Assembly: GCA_049276655.1 (NCBI GenBank)
Contig: JBASWV010000010.1
Span: 91,757 to 123,756, forward strand
DNA: 32,000 nt
Direction: 5' to 3'
From: Candidatus Nitrosotenuis sp.
GTDB taxonomy: Archaea > Thermoproteota > Nitrososphaeria > Nitrososphaerales > Nitrosopumilaceae
The first letter of the stretch is position 1. Every line of letters begins with the position of its first letter. Under the pieces are notes generated by a model, which was not told where the DNA came from, did no database searches, and was given only the letters and a program-made list of their open reading frames with translations. Shown piece by piece: positions 1 through 9,636 of the stretch. The position numbers and the translations under genes were made by a program.

Positions 1-803
1 GGTTTTTCCCAAGTAAACTCGGGGTCGCTGTAAACAAAGTTCCCATATTTTGGCAGCGCATCGATCTGGACCTGGCTTTGTGCAGGACCCATTATCTCAA
101 TCCACCCACTGTTAAAGTTCTCAGGGACTAGGTTTATCTCGTCGTTGTCGTCGTCGCCATTTTCGGTGTCCCAGAGGTTTCCGGTAAAGGGATCCACCGC
201 CAGCCCAAAACTGTTTCGAATCCCCATGGCATAGTACGGGCCTGGCGGGTCGACTCGCAGTATTACACTGGTGTCGTTTTTCCAATCGGTTTCTCTATTT
301 TGCAGCCTCCCATAGTTGCCATTGTCGCCAATCACAGCATAGACTTGGCCGCCAAAGTTTGTCATTGCGCCGCCGTTGTGGTAATAATTGTCACTTGGGA
401 GTGTTTTTAGTAAAACCGGGTCTACAAGTTCATCGCCGTTCCACGAATACTTGTAGATGCGATTTTCGATGGCATTTCCGCCGTCATTGTCAGCCGCAGT
501 AAAATAGACATAAACTGTATTTCCTACAGATGTGATGCCAAGCATCCCACGTTCGCCGTCCTTTGCTACTGCAACGTCTAGGACAGGCCTGTCCTGTAAA
601 ACTCCGTCACGTACGAGGCGCACCTGGCCGTTATAGCGCTGTAAAACCAAAATGTCGTCGCCAACAAAGGTCATCGATGTCGGGTTTTCAGGAATTTTGG
701 GCACAAATACCTCGAGCACTAGACTCTCATCATTGATTTGCGTCTCTGCAAACGCCGGCACAAGGCCAAACGAGACTGCCACAATGAGGAGAAAAATCCG
801 CAT
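1..803 (-). CDS. PQQ-dependent sugar (glucose/sorbosone) dehydrogenase family beta-propeller protein; N-terminal part only, 3' end runs off the window
   Basis: My own minus-strand translation from ATG (complement of 801-803): MRIFLLIVAVSFGLVPAFAETQ... (signal peptide), then ...PTSMTFVGDDILVLQRYNGQVRLVRDGVL...GERGMLGITSVGNTVYVYFT...YAMGIRNSFGLAVDPFTGNLWDTENG. This matches the SGDH-family pattern. The frame stays open to position 1. It is absent from the ORF track because it has no stop in the window. Confidence 0.65.
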   Translation of the reverse strand, partial: MRIFLLIVAVSFGLVPAFAETQINDESLVLEVFVPKIPENPTSMTFVGDDILVLQRYNGQVRLVRDGVLQDRPVLDVAVAKDGERGMLGITSVGNTVYVYFTAADNDGGNAIENRIYKYSWNGDELVDPVLLKTLPSDNYYHNGGAMTNFGGQVYAVIGDNGNYGRLQNRETDWKNDTSVILRVDPPGPYYAMGIRNSFGLAVDPFTGNLWDTENGDDDNDEINLVPENFNSGWIEIMGPAQSQVQIDALPKYGNFVYSDPEFTWEK

Positions 804-884
804 TACCCAGTATCAACGCCCCTAGATTAAAAATCCACTCACAATCGTTATAATCACAATCACGTTATCGAACTCTGAAAAGAC

Positions 885-1709
885 TTGAAGTTTGTCGGTT
901 CTGGCAAGGTAAAAGACGTGCACGACCTTGAGGACGGGACACTTCTTTTCAAGTTCAGCGACAGGGTCTCGGCATATGATGTCAAGTTCCACGACCCGAT
1001 CCCAAACAAAGGCGAGGTCTTGTGCAAGTTTGCCGAGTTTTGGTTCAACAAACTCCCAATACAAAACCACTTTGTAAAGACCATCTCAAAAAACGAGATG
1101 GTCGTCAAAAAAATGCAGATGATCCCAGTAGAGTGTGTGGTAAGGGGATATTTCTACGGGAGCCTGATATCGCGCTGGAAGGCAGGACAAGTTACACTGC
1201 CTGACGGGACAAGGACTGAGATTGCGGCAAAGCTTCCAGTGCCAATCTTTGATCCGACGACCAAGGCCGAGCACGACGAGCCAATCGACAAAAACGTTGC
1301 CGTGTCCAGGGGGCTTGTGACTGAAAAAGAGTTTGCATGGCTTGAATCAAAATCAATTGAGATTTACAATCTGATGTCCGATATCGCAGGTACTGCTGGA
1401 TTCATACTTGCCGATCTAAAACTAGAGTTCGGAAAGCTAGACGGGCAGATGGTTCTTGGCGACTCTATCGGCCCAGACGAATACAGGATGTGGCCAAAGG
1501 ATGCGTACAGGGTGGGAAAAATCCAAGAATCATACGACAAGCAAATCCTCAGGGACTGGCTCACTGCAAACGGATATCAAAAACAGTTCGATGATGCACG
1601 AAGCCGCGGCGAAGAACCGATTGCACCATCCATCCCGCACGAAATAATTCAGAAAATGTCCGAGCGTTACGTAAGCTCTTACCAAAGAATCACCGGTAAG
1701 CCGCTCTAG
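885..1709 (+). CDS. purC: Phosphoribosylaminoimidazole-succinocarboxamide (SAICAR) synthase
   Basis: 274 aa. GSGKVKDVH...FSDRVSAYDV N-terminus and LADLKLEFG motif are typical of PurC. TTG start; TTATAAT box at 848-854. Confidence 0.9.
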   Translation: MKFVGSGKVKDVHDLEDGTLLFKFSDRVSAYDVKFHDPIPNKGEVLCKFAEFWFNKLPIQNHFVKTISKNEMVVKKMQMIPVECVVRGYFYGSLISRWKAGQVTLPDGTRTEIAAKLPVPIFDPTTKAEHDEPIDKNVAVSRGLVTEKEFAWLESKSIEIYNLMSDIAGTAGFILADLKLEFGKLDGQMVLGDSIGPDEYRMWPKDAYRVGKIQESYDKQILRDWLTANGYQKQFDDARSRGEEPIAPSIPHEIIQKMSERYVSSYQRITGKPL

Positions 1710-2014
1710 GCCGGAAATCCTAGTCTCAACTCTAATTTCGATTTTTCAAATCCTTGTTTTTGCCGTTTTTGCACCTATCTAACACCCTGGGCCGCCGGGG
1801 CTGCCAAAATTTTAAAATTTTCAACAATACTGGTATTGCTACTAACTATCTTGGTGTGGTATCATAATCATTCCACCGCAGCTAAATTATTGATAGCGTA
1901 AAAGCTAAAATTCGGGCCGCTATCAAATTTGTCGGAACGCAAAAAAATTGATGCGATTAGACAAAAAAAAGTGATGTTAGGATCTTTTAGCTGATCGCAA
2001 TATGTGCAGTTATC

Positions 2015-2533
2015 ATGTCAACCATACTAGAAAAACCAATCAAAATCAATCGAGTTGTTAGCATCTCAATTGAACAAGCCCGAGCATTGGAAGACCCGGC
2101 AAGAGCAAGAATTGTAGAGATTTTGTATCACAAACAACTCACCACAGAACAAATAGGGAAGGAGCTCCAAAAAACTGGCTACAACAAAGCAATAACCACA
2201 ATACGACACCACCTGGACATTCTCAAAGAATCTGGACTAATCGAGGTCGTAAAAATCGAAGAAGTCAGAGGAGCAATTGCAAAGTTTTACGGGACATCAA
2301 CTAAACTGATCTCAAACCAGTCCGCAAAAGACTTTGATCTAAAATATTCCTCAATGATAAAGACGACATCTGTAAAAATAGAAAAAATACTTGAAGGCAT
2401 AGCAAAAAAACCGGCACTGCAAAAAAAGTCAGAATCGCAATACAACGAGTTTGTACTGACCGAAATTGTAAACAGGGCCATGGCAAACGTACTTGAAAAC
2501 AAGGACTTTAGTGCCCAGAAAAAAATCAAGTAA
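2015..2533 (+). CDS. ArsR-family winged-helix transcriptional regulator with C-terminal extension
   Basis: ARIVEILYHKQLTTEQIGKELQ...TIRHHLDILKESGLIEVVKIEE is an ArsR/SmtB-type HTH followed by the wing. Confidence 0.7.
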   Translation: MSTILEKPIKINRVVSISIEQARALEDPARARIVEILYHKQLTTEQIGKELQKTGYNKAITTIRHHLDILKESGLIEVVKIEEVRGAIAKFYGTSTKLISNQSAKDFDLKYSSMIKTTSVKIEKILEGIAKKPALQKKSESQYNEFVLTEIVNRAMANVLENKDFSAQKKIK

Positions 2534-2951
2534 CTTCGATAACAAACAATCCTTTTGTTTTTGGATCTTGCAGTTGCTTTATCATCTCCCGCGGCATGTC
2601 GTCGCAAGCCTTGTCGCATCCTATGGCAAGAGTCCTTGGACACATGAACTTGCTTTTTCTGATCACAATGTCATGAGTATTTTCCAGCCTTAGATCTTCG
2701 TGCCCCCTGCCAGTGACTCGAAACGATTTTCCATTCACCGTAATTGTGATAGTAACCTGCGAGTCCGATCTGCGAATCTTCTTTTTCATCTTCTCTGGGA
2801 TCCCCTTACAACCGCAACCAGAAATGACCCCAATTATGCAATCTCCTTGCAGCGTGAGATCTGGCTCGGTTGTGATCTCAATCGTCCTTGCGTGGTATGC
2901 TCTTACATTTTTGTGGCCGTAAAACGGAATCTCAAATCGCACGTGAAACAC
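2526..2951 (-). CDS. DUF371 domain protein
   Basis: 141 aa. F..YGHKNVRAYHARTIEITTEPDLTLQGDCIIGV matches my recollection of the DUF371 signature (GH.N..A.H.TT.E.T....LT..GDCI.GV). Confidence 0.6.
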   Translation of the reverse strand: MFHVRFEIPFYGHKNVRAYHARTIEITTEPDLTLQGDCIIGVISGCGCKGIPEKMKKKIRRSDSQVTITITVNGKSFRVTGRGHEDLRLENTHDIVIRKSKFMCPRTLAIGCDKACDDMPREMIKQLQDPKTKGLFVIEVT

Positions 2952-2982
2952 ACAACTAGACTTAAATTAAACTTTCAAAGCA

Positions 2983-3726
2983 ATGAAAATTGAATTGCTT
3001 CCTTCTCAACAAGGTTATGACAGAGCTATTACGATATTTTCCCCAGACGGCAGACTCTACCAAGTAGAATATGCGATTGAAACGGTAAGGCGTGGCGCAA
3101 TTGCAGTAGGTGTAAAAAGCAAAGATGGAGTCATAATTGCAGTAGAAGAAAAGCCGCGCAAGCTACAAATTTCCGAATCAGCACATAAAATTTTCCAAAT
3201 CGATGAGCACATTGGATTTGCGGCCGCAGGTTACATCCCAGACGCAAGGAGCCAAGCAGACGCGGCAAGGTTCTTTGCGCAAAGCAACAGAATGATCTAC
3301 GACGAGGCAGTGGAGGTAGAAAGCGTCGCAAAACATCTTGCAGACCAATGCCAGCAGTTCACACAGTTTGGCGGTGCAAGGCCGTTTGGCGTAGCACTGA
3401 TAATCGGAGGCGTCGATTCGCAAAACTCGCTGTTTCTTACAGATCCAAGCGGCACATACATTGCATACGACGCAGTTGCAATAGGCGCAGGCTCTGATCA
3501 GGCAAATGATTTTCTTGAGAAAAACTACAAACCCGACATGTCAATTGAAGACGCATCTGCACTCGCAACGGCGTGCATCTATCTTGCAAGTGATCAAAAA
3601 GAAGGAACAGACCACATCAAGATGTCACACATCAAGATCTCTACAAAACAATTTGAAAAGGTAACTCAACAACAAATCACAAACTATGCAACTATTGGAA
3701 AAGAGAAATTCCCGCTACCAAGCTAA
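2983..3726 (+). CDS. psmA: Proteasome subunit alpha
   Basis: GYDRAITIFSPDGRLYQVEYA hallmark N-terminal motif; 247 aa. Confidence 0.92.
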   Translation: MKIELLPSQQGYDRAITIFSPDGRLYQVEYAIETVRRGAIAVGVKSKDGVIIAVEEKPRKLQISESAHKIFQIDEHIGFAAAGYIPDARSQADAARFFAQSNRMIYDEAVEVESVAKHLADQCQQFTQFGGARPFGVALIIGGVDSQNSLFLTDPSGTYIAYDAVAIGAGSDQANDFLEKNYKPDMSIEDASALATACIYLASDQKEGTDHIKMSHIKISTKQFEKVTQQQITNYATIGKEKFPLPS

Positions 3727-3735
3727 GTCATCTTA

Positions 3736-4548
3736 TTGAACATCTCAGTCGCAATCCCAGATTCCTGTCTTAAGGACGAGGCAACAAAACTAGACAAGTC
3801 TCGAAAGGTCTCCCTGATTGCAAGGACGTGTGCAATATTTGGCGTAAAGACAATTTTCATCTATGACGAGCACGGGGGCAACCCGGAAGACAGGCTTCTA
3901 TTGTCAACCATTCTGCGATATCTTGAGACACCGCAGTATCTGCGCAAGACGCTTTTTCCAAAAATCGACGACCTAAGATATGCCGGAATCTTACATCCAC
4001 TACAAATTCCGCACCACTCCCTTTCATCAAACATCAAGAGTCTCAAGGAGGGCGATATCAGGGAGGGAGCAGTAGTCTACTACAAGGGGAAAAAATTCCT
4101 CGACATTGGAATCCACCAAATGATTCCATACTATGGAAAAGAATATGACAAAAAACGGGTCACCGTCCAAATTAAGACAGTCCAGCCAAGTATCACCGTA
4201 AAAGAAATCTCTGAGAATCAGATAAAGCAGTATTGGGGGTACCGAGTAAAGGAAAGGCCGAGCCTAATCAACATACTCGAGGAATGGAACGGTTCCATAA
4301 TCATGACGTCGCGCAAGGGAAAGTTGGCATCACAAAGCCAAATTCAGGAATATGTGCGGTCTGACAGACCGATACTTCTTGTGTTTGGCGCCCCAGATCG
4401 CGGACTGTACGAAATTCTTGGCAACAAAATAAACATCAAAAACGCAAGGACCCTCAACTTTTTCCCAAATCAGGCAACAGAAACGGTGCGGCTAGAAGAA
4501 TCAATGCTTGGCATACTGTCCATTCTCAATTTTGCAAATTCAAATTAG
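3736..4548 (+). CDS. Putative SPOUT-superfamily RNA methyltransferase (COG2106/DUF171-like)
   Basis: 270 aa. N-terminus ISVAIPDSCL...KVSLIARTCAIFGVKTIFIYDE and C-terminus LLVFGAPDRGL...NQATETVRLEESMLGILSIL resemble the DUF171 SPOUT family. TTG start. Confidence 0.6.
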   Translation: MNISVAIPDSCLKDEATKLDKSRKVSLIARTCAIFGVKTIFIYDEHGGNPEDRLLLSTILRYLETPQYLRKTLFPKIDDLRYAGILHPLQIPHHSLSSNIKSLKEGDIREGAVVYYKGKKFLDIGIHQMIPYYGKEYDKKRVTVQIKTVQPSITVKEISENQIKQYWGYRVKERPSLINILEEWNGSIIMTSRKGKLASQSQIQEYVRSDRPILLVFGAPDRGLYEILGNKINIKNARTLNFFPNQATETVRLEESMLGILSILNFANSN

Positions 4549-4567
4549 GGCAAGCAAAAATCAACCT

Positions 4568-4678
4568 GTGAAAAGACAGAAGAACTTTCTTTTACTTGCA
4601 ATAATTCTCGGCATGGTTGGCGTTCTTATCGGTGGAGTTTCAATTTTTTTCTCGGTAACAAACATCGTAAAACCGTAA
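4568..4678 (+). CDS. Candidate 36-aa single-pass membrane micro-protein (unannotated small ORF)
   Basis: GTG start. VKRQKNFLLLAIILGMVGVLIGGVSIFFSVTNIVKP has a basic N-terminus plus one hydrophobic helix. It is below the ORF-track length cutoff. No homology evidence. Confidence 0.25.
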   Translation: MKRQKNFLLLAIILGMVGVLIGGVSIFFSVTNIVKP

Positions 4679-4695
4679 CTTTCGTTATCCCTAGG

Positions 4696-4703
4696 TATAT
4701 AAT
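4696..4703 (+). promoter_or_regulatory. TATA-like box (TATATAAT) for the ribosomal-protein operon
   Basis: Centred ~32 nt upstream of the rpl3 ATG (4731). This fits an archaeal TATA at about -26 from the transcription start and a very short leader. Confidence 0.45.
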
Positions 4704-4730
4704 GGGGTTAACAAATGTTTTCGATTATCT

Positions 4731-5723
4731 ATGGGTCATAGAAAACACAGCCAACCACGTCGTGGCAGTCTTGCGTATCTGCCTAGAGGACGTGCCAAAA
4801 GCATGGAGCCAAGAATCAGGACTTGGCCAGCTATTGTATCAGAGCAGCCAAAGCTGCTTGGTTATGCTGGATTCAAGGTAGGGTGCATCCAGATAGTAAG
4901 CATCGACGACAGGGAAAAGACACCAAACCACGGAAAGCAACTTGTGAGTCTTGGTACTGTGGTTGCAACCCCGCCAGTTTCTGTAATTGGAATCCGTGGA
5001 TACCGTAAGGACATCGACGGCTCACATGCGCTCTTTGATGTTTACAGCCCGGACATGCCAAAAGAAGTTTCACGATTAATCACATTAAAACCAAAAGAGG
5101 GAGGTCTTGACAAGGCAGAAAAACTCGTCAACCGAGTAAGCGAGCTTTTTGCTATAGTTGCAGTTTCTCCAAACACCGCCGGACTTGCGCAGAAAAAGCC
5201 ATACGTCTTTGAGGTCGCAGTACAGGGCGGAGACATTAAAGCACAGTTTGATTTTCTCAAGGGACACTTTGGGAAACAAGTCAAAGTGGAGCAGGTCTTT
5301 GATCTTGGTTCCAGCGTTGACGTCGCATCCATAACAAAAGGAAAGGGATGGGAAGGCCCAATCACCAGGTGGGGTGTCAAGAAAAAACAGCACAAATCAA
5401 GAAAGAGCGTCAGGGCGCTTGGAACACTAGGTCCAATCTCTCCATCAAGCATCATGTACACAGTACCACGTGCAGGACAGCGTGGATTCCATCAAAGAGT
5501 CGAATACAATAAAAGAATAATGATAATGAGTAACACAGATAAAAACGAATTCAAGATAAATCCTGCCGGTGGATACAAACACTATGGATTTGTAAATGGC
5601 GACTTTGTTGTTCTAAAAGGTTCTATCCCCGGGACATACAGGAGACTCGTCAAGCTCAGAAACCAGGCAAGAAACATCCCATCGAAAATCCTCAAGCCAA
5701 ACATTTTGGAGATTGTGGTATGA
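4731..5723 (+). CDS. rpl3: 50S ribosomal protein uL3
   Basis: MGHRKHSQPRRGSLAYLPRGRA... and WGVKKKQHKSRKSVRALGTLGP are archaeal L3 signatures. Its stop overlaps the rpl4 start (ATGA). Confidence 0.95.
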   Translation: MGHRKHSQPRRGSLAYLPRGRAKSMEPRIRTWPAIVSEQPKLLGYAGFKVGCIQIVSIDDREKTPNHGKQLVSLGTVVATPPVSVIGIRGYRKDIDGSHALFDVYSPDMPKEVSRLITLKPKEGGLDKAEKLVNRVSELFAIVAVSPNTAGLAQKKPYVFEVAVQGGDIKAQFDFLKGHFGKQVKVEQVFDLGSSVDVASITKGKGWEGPITRWGVKKKQHKSRKSVRALGTLGPISPSSIMYTVPRAGQRGFHQRVEYNKRIMIMSNTDKNEFKINPAGGYKHYGFVNGDFVVLKGSIPGTYRRLVKLRNQARNIPSKILKPNILEIVV

Positions 5724-6529
5724 AGGCGCTAGCATTTTCAACAACTGGAACAAAACAAGACGAAGTAGATCTACCACTTGTGTTTCAAACTCCGTTCAGA
5801 AAGGACCTGATTCACCGCGCATATGTCAACTTGGACTCGCATCACTACCAAAGGCAGGGCAGACACCCAACTGCTGGAATGGATGTAGTGGCAATGTCAA
5901 ACGACCCGCCGACAGGCCATGGGCAAGCAAGGGTAGCAAGAATTAGAGGTGGAGGCCCAAGGCGAGGACAGGCAGCGGGTGTGGCAATGGTAAGGGGCGG
6001 AAGGCAGGCGCATCCACCACTGTCGGGGAAAATAATCTACAAAAAACTAAACAAAAAAGAAAACCGACTGGCGCTATGCTCGGCAATCGCGGCCACCGCA
6101 TCAAAGCAAATCGTTGCGTCACGAGGACACATTGTGGACAAAATAGAATCATTTCCAATCATAGTTTCTGACGATGTTGAAAAAATAACAAAGGCAAAAG
6201 AGATCTCCGAGGTCTTTGATGCACTACACCTCTCAGAAGACATCCAAAGGCTGGAAAAACGCAAGGCTCGTTCTGGAAGGTCGGTAATCCGAGGACGCAA
6301 GACAAAGATAGGAAAAAGCATCCTGCTTGTTGCAAAGGATCCAAAATCACTATCAAAGGCATGCGGCTCGTTTATGGGAGTCGATGTAAGGGCCGCAAGC
6401 GACCTGTCCGTTCTTGACTTGGCTCCAGGCTCCCAACCGATTAGGCTAACTGTCTATACAAAGGCCGCATTAAACGAGCTTGCAAACATCAAGTCGCCAC
6501 ACCTTAATCTGATGGAGGCACTACAATGA
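5720..6529 (+). CDS. rpl4: 50S ribosomal protein uL4
   Basis: 269 aa. GHGQARVARIRGGGPRRGQAAGVAMVRGGRQAHP is a typical L4/L1e loop. Cluster position supports the call. Confidence 0.93.
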   Translation: MKALAFSTTGTKQDEVDLPLVFQTPFRKDLIHRAYVNLDSHHYQRQGRHPTAGMDVVAMSNDPPTGHGQARVARIRGGGPRRGQAAGVAMVRGGRQAHPPLSGKIIYKKLNKKENRLALCSAIAATASKQIVASRGHIVDKIESFPIIVSDDVEKITKAKEISEVFDALHLSEDIQRLEKRKARSGRSVIRGRKTKIGKSILLVAKDPKSLSKACGSFMGVDVRAASDLSVLDLAPGSQPIRLTVYTKAALNELANIKSPHLNLMEALQ

Positions 6530-6792
6530 ATACCACCGAAGCAACAAGAATAATCATACGACCCTACGTCACGGAAAAAACATTTTCGCTAATCGAAAAA
6601 GACAGCAGGATCTGCTTTATTGTAGACCCGAGAGCCAGCAAGCCCACAATCAAAGAGGCAATCAAAGCACTCTATGAGGAAGAAGCAGTCGACATAAACA
6701 CCGCAAAAACAATTTCCGGCAAAAAAGCGTTTGTCAAATTCGAATCAGTAGAAAAGGCAAGAGACCTTGCCACAAAGATAGGAATGCTATAA
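6526..6792 (+). CDS. rpl23: 50S ribosomal protein uL23
   Basis: 88 aa. IIRPYVTEKTFSLIE...ICFIVDPRASKPTIKEAIKALY. ATGA overlap with rpl4. Confidence 0.9.
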   Translation: MNTTEATRIIIRPYVTEKTFSLIEKDSRICFIVDPRASKPTIKEAIKALYEEEAVDINTAKTISGKKAFVKFESVEKARDLATKIGML

Positions 6793-6830
6793 TATGGACT
6801 ACAAAACTTCAATCCTAAAGGTGTCAATAA

Positions 6831-7226
6831 ATGGTTAAAGAATTTGACTACAGAGGAATCCCGCTGGATCAGCTACAGAGCATGTCGCTAGAGAAACTCT
6901 TTGAGATCTTCCCAGCAAGAGCACGAAGGTCCCTGACCAGAGGAATCACAGACGGCAAGCGCAAGCTCATCGAGGAAATAAAGATGGAAAAGGCTGGAAA
7001 ATCAAAAAACCCAATCAAGACACACATTAGAGATCTCATCGTCCTTCCATACATGGTTGGAATAACAGTTAACGTATTTTCAGGCAAAGAATTCGTGCCG
7101 GTCACAATCACGCCACAAATGATTGGACATTATATCGGCGAATATGTTAGAACAAACAAACGAGTCGTACACGGTGCACCCGGTGTAGGCGCATCGAGAT
7201 CAAGCCTGTACGTTCCATTGAAGTGA
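6831..7226 (+). CDS. rps19: 30S ribosomal protein uS19
   Basis: 131 aa. FDYRGIPLDQLQSMSLEKLFEIFPARARRSLTRG...GKEFVPVTITPQMIGHYIGEY. Confidence 0.93.
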   Translation: MVKEFDYRGIPLDQLQSMSLEKLFEIFPARARRSLTRGITDGKRKLIEEIKMEKAGKSKNPIKTHIRDLIVLPYMVGITVNVFSGKEFVPVTITPQMIGHYIGEYVRTNKRVVHGAPGVGASRSSLYVPLK

Positions 7227-7230
7227 TACT

Positions 7231-7689
7231 ATGCCGAACTTTGGTTACGCTTTTGCAAATTTTGACCCAACAAAACACGTACGTGCATCAGTACGGGAAA
7301 AAGACATCTCGCCAAAACATGCACGTGAAATCGCAGTGGCAATCAAAGGCCTGTCGATTGAAAAGGCGCGCGACTATTTGCAAGATGTAATCGCGCGAAG
7401 GCGAGCAGTTCCATTTAGAAGATACAAAAACGAGGTAGGCCACAGGTCAGACCCGGGAGTCATGTCCGGGCGTTACCCGCAAAAGGCAGCAAAAGAATTC
7501 ATCAAGACTTTGGATAACCTGGAGGCAAATGCCGAATACAAGGGCATGGATCTGGACAGACTCAAAATAATTTCCGCCTGTACGCACCGTGGAGTGGTCG
7601 TAAAGAGATTCACGCCGCGCGCAATGGGCCGTGCAACTCCGAAAAACAACACCCTGACACACATCGAGCTGGTGGCTCGGGAGTCCTAG
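7231..7689 (+). CDS. rpl22: 50S ribosomal protein uL22
   Basis: 152 aa. [39 protein letters not shown]. Confidence 0.92.
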   Translation: MPNFGYAFANFDPTKHVRASVREKDISPKHAREIAVAIKGLSIEKARDYLQDVIARRRAVPFRRYKNEVGHRSDPGVMSGRYPQKAAKEFIKTLDNLEANAEYKGMDLDRLKIISACTHRGVVVKRFTPRAMGRATPKNNTLTHIELVARES

Positions 7690-7691
7690 AA

Positions 7692-8438
7692 ATGTCGTCA
7701 GTCAAAAACGTAATCAAAGACAACTACAACATGATGCTGCTCAAGGATTATCTGCGGGTGGCAATCAAAGAGGCCGGATTTTCACATGCAGAGATCTCAA
7801 AGACTCCCACCGGCACGAGAGTAGTCCTGCATGTCACAAGGCCTGGAATTGTCATAGGAAGAAAAGGAACCGGAATTCGAGAACTCACAGAAAAACTCGA
7901 AAAAGACTTTGGACTAAAGAATCCACAAATCGCAGTTAATGAAATCGCACAACCCGAACTAACGGCAAGCGTGATGTCAAACAGACTGGCGTCGCTAATC
8001 GAGCGCGGAACTGCGTTCAGACGTGCAACAATGTGGACTTTGCAGCAAATAATGAATGCAGGCGCAATGGGCGTACAAATCACAGTTTCCGGAAAGCTTA
8101 GGGGGGATCGTTCCTCGTTTGAGAAGCATTCACTTGGAATTCTTCCGCGCGCGGGTCACCACGCAAAAATTGTAGTGGACGAGGACAACGCGCACGTCTC
8201 AACACCGATGGGATACATCGGCGTCAGAATAAGAATAGCAAGAAAGGAAAGATTTGTACCGGAATTTGAGCTAATAGGAGAAAAAGAGGAAAAAGAGCAG
8301 AGGCGACTAGCAAAAGAAGCGGCAGACCGCGAGGAGGCAGAAAGAAAGGCAAGAACCGAAAGCGAGCTCATCAAACTAGCTGCAGAAAAAATCGAGAACC
8401 TAGACACGATGGAAGAAGTTGAGGAGCAATTAAAGTAA
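7692..8438 (+). CDS. rps3: 30S ribosomal protein uS3 with E/K-rich C-terminal tail
   Basis: KH-domain region [33 protein letters not shown]. The C-terminal ~50 aa are an E/K/R-rich, coiled-coil-like tail. Confidence 0.93.
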   Translation: MSSVKNVIKDNYNMMLLKDYLRVAIKEAGFSHAEISKTPTGTRVVLHVTRPGIVIGRKGTGIRELTEKLEKDFGLKNPQIAVNEIAQPELTASVMSNRLASLIERGTAFRRATMWTLQQIMNAGAMGVQITVSGKLRGDRSSFEKHSLGILPRAGHHAKIVVDEDNAHVSTPMGYIGVRIRIARKERFVPEFELIGEKEEKEQRRLAKEAADREEAERKARTESELIKLAAEKIENLDTMEEVEEQLK

Positions 8439-8439
8439 A

Positions 8440-8643
8440 ATGGCCAGATTAAAAATGAAGTCAATCAGAGAGCTAAACGAAGCAGATCTCAAAGACCGAC
8501 TAGAACAGTCACGAGTGGAGCTTGCTAAACTAAGGACCGACGCTGCAAAAGGGACACTCCGAAAGGAAAGCGGCAAAATTCGCGCAACAAGAAAGGAAGT
8601 AGCACGAATGCTCACAAGAATAAACGAGTTGAATAAAAAATGA
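8440..8643 (+). CDS. rpl29: 50S ribosomal protein uL29
   Basis: 67 aa. IRELNEADLKDRLEQSRVELAKLR is a typical L29 helix-hairpin. Confidence 0.88.
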   Translation: MARLKMKSIRELNEADLKDRLEQSRVELAKLRTDAAKGTLRKESGKIRATRKEVARMLTRINELNKK

Positions 8644-8894
8644 TAGGCAACATCATAAACCAAGAATTCATAGGGCTCCAGACCCAGGTAGTCGAGTCTG
8701 CAAACAAGGCACTGATAGGACTTTCTGGAAAGATAGTCGACGAAACAAAATTCATGTTTGTACTAGAGACACAGAATGGCACAAAAATGATCCCAAAACA
8801 GCACAACCACTGGAAGTTCGCAGAAACAAACCAAATCATTGATGGTGACGTCATCTCGAAAAGGCCAGAGGACAGAATAAAGGTGAAGGCATGA
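8640..8894 (+). CDS. rnp1: Ribonuclease P protein component 1 (Rpp29/Pop4 family)
   Basis: 84 aa. EFIGLQTQVVESANKALIGLSGKIVDETKFMFVLET...KMIPK. It holds the canonical archaeal position between uL29 and uS17, with ATGA overlaps on both sides. Confidence 0.75.
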   Translation: MIGNIINQEFIGLQTQVVESANKALIGLSGKIVDETKFMFVLETQNGTKMIPKQHNHWKFAETNQIIDGDVISKRPEDRIKVKA

Positions 8895-9196
8895 GCAAAT
8901 CGGTCGCAAAACAAGGCTATAGGGGAATTGTAATGGATAACGGCAAGCACCTAAGTGTCAGAGGAAAGCTATTCGAAGGCAAAGTAATGAGCGCAAAAAA
9001 CAAGAACACCGTAGTAATCCAGAGAGAAAACCCACTTTACATTACCAAATCAAAGCGATATGCAAGAAGCACAAGCACAATTCATGCATACAAGTCTGCA
9101 AAACTCGAAATCAAGGAAGGCGACATCGTAGTTGCGGCAGAGTGCAGGCCAATCGCAAAGTCCGTCTCGTTTGTAGTAGTGGAGGTCAAGTCATAA
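8891..9196 (+). CDS. rps17: 30S ribosomal protein uS17
   Basis: 101 aa. GKVMSAKNKNTVVIQRE...IHAY...IKEGDIVVAAECRPIAKSVSFVVVEV. Confidence 0.88.
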   Translation: MSKSVAKQGYRGIVMDNGKHLSVRGKLFEGKVMSAKNKNTVVIQRENPLYITKSKRYARSTSTIHAYKSAKLEIKEGDIVVAAECRPIAKSVSFVVVEVKS

Positions 9197-9197
9197 A

Positions 9198-9635
9198 ATG
9201 TCTGCTGGAAAAAGTCGTGCAGTATCTGCAAAGGGAGTCCAGGAATTCAGGCCGTATGTTACCAGAGCACTCCCGGTAGGAGCAAGAATAACCTGCGCAG
9301 ATAACACGGGAGCCAAGATACTTGAGATAATAATGGTAAAGCACACAAAGACTAGAACATCGCGATATCCGGCAGCAGCAGTAGGTGACTTTGTAAACGT
9401 CACAGTAAAGAAGGGGCCAGCAGAGCTGAGAAAGCAGATATTTGGCGCAGTGATAATTAGACAAAAATATCCGATTCGAAGACTAAACGGAATCCGCGTC
9501 TCGTTTGAAGACAACGCAGCGGTGCTTGTGACGCCGGAAGGCGAGATAAAAGGCACCGACATCAAAGGACCGGTTGCAGCAGAAGCCTCAGAAAAATGGC
9601 CAAGGGTAGCAAACCTGGCGTCGATGGTGGTATAA
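9198..9635 (+). CDS. rpl14: 50S ribosomal protein uL14
   Basis: 145 aa. LPVGARITCADNTGAKILEIIMV...IRRLNGIRVSFEDNAAVLV. Confidence 0.93.
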   Translation: MSAGKSRAVSAKGVQEFRPYVTRALPVGARITCADNTGAKILEIIMVKHTKTRTSRYPAAAVGDFVNVTVKKGPAELRKQIFGAVIIRQKYPIRRLNGIRVSFEDNAAVLVTPEGEIKGTDIKGPVAAEASEKWPRVANLASMVV

Positions 9636-9636
9636 A

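Noticed and set aside
1968-1996. C/D-box sRNA candidate (GTGATGT ... CTGA) upstream of the ArsR-like gene
   Set aside because: Only one C-like and one D-like box, about 20 nt apart. There are no C'/D' pair and no terminal stem, and it overlaps the expected promoter of the regulator. This is most likely chance.
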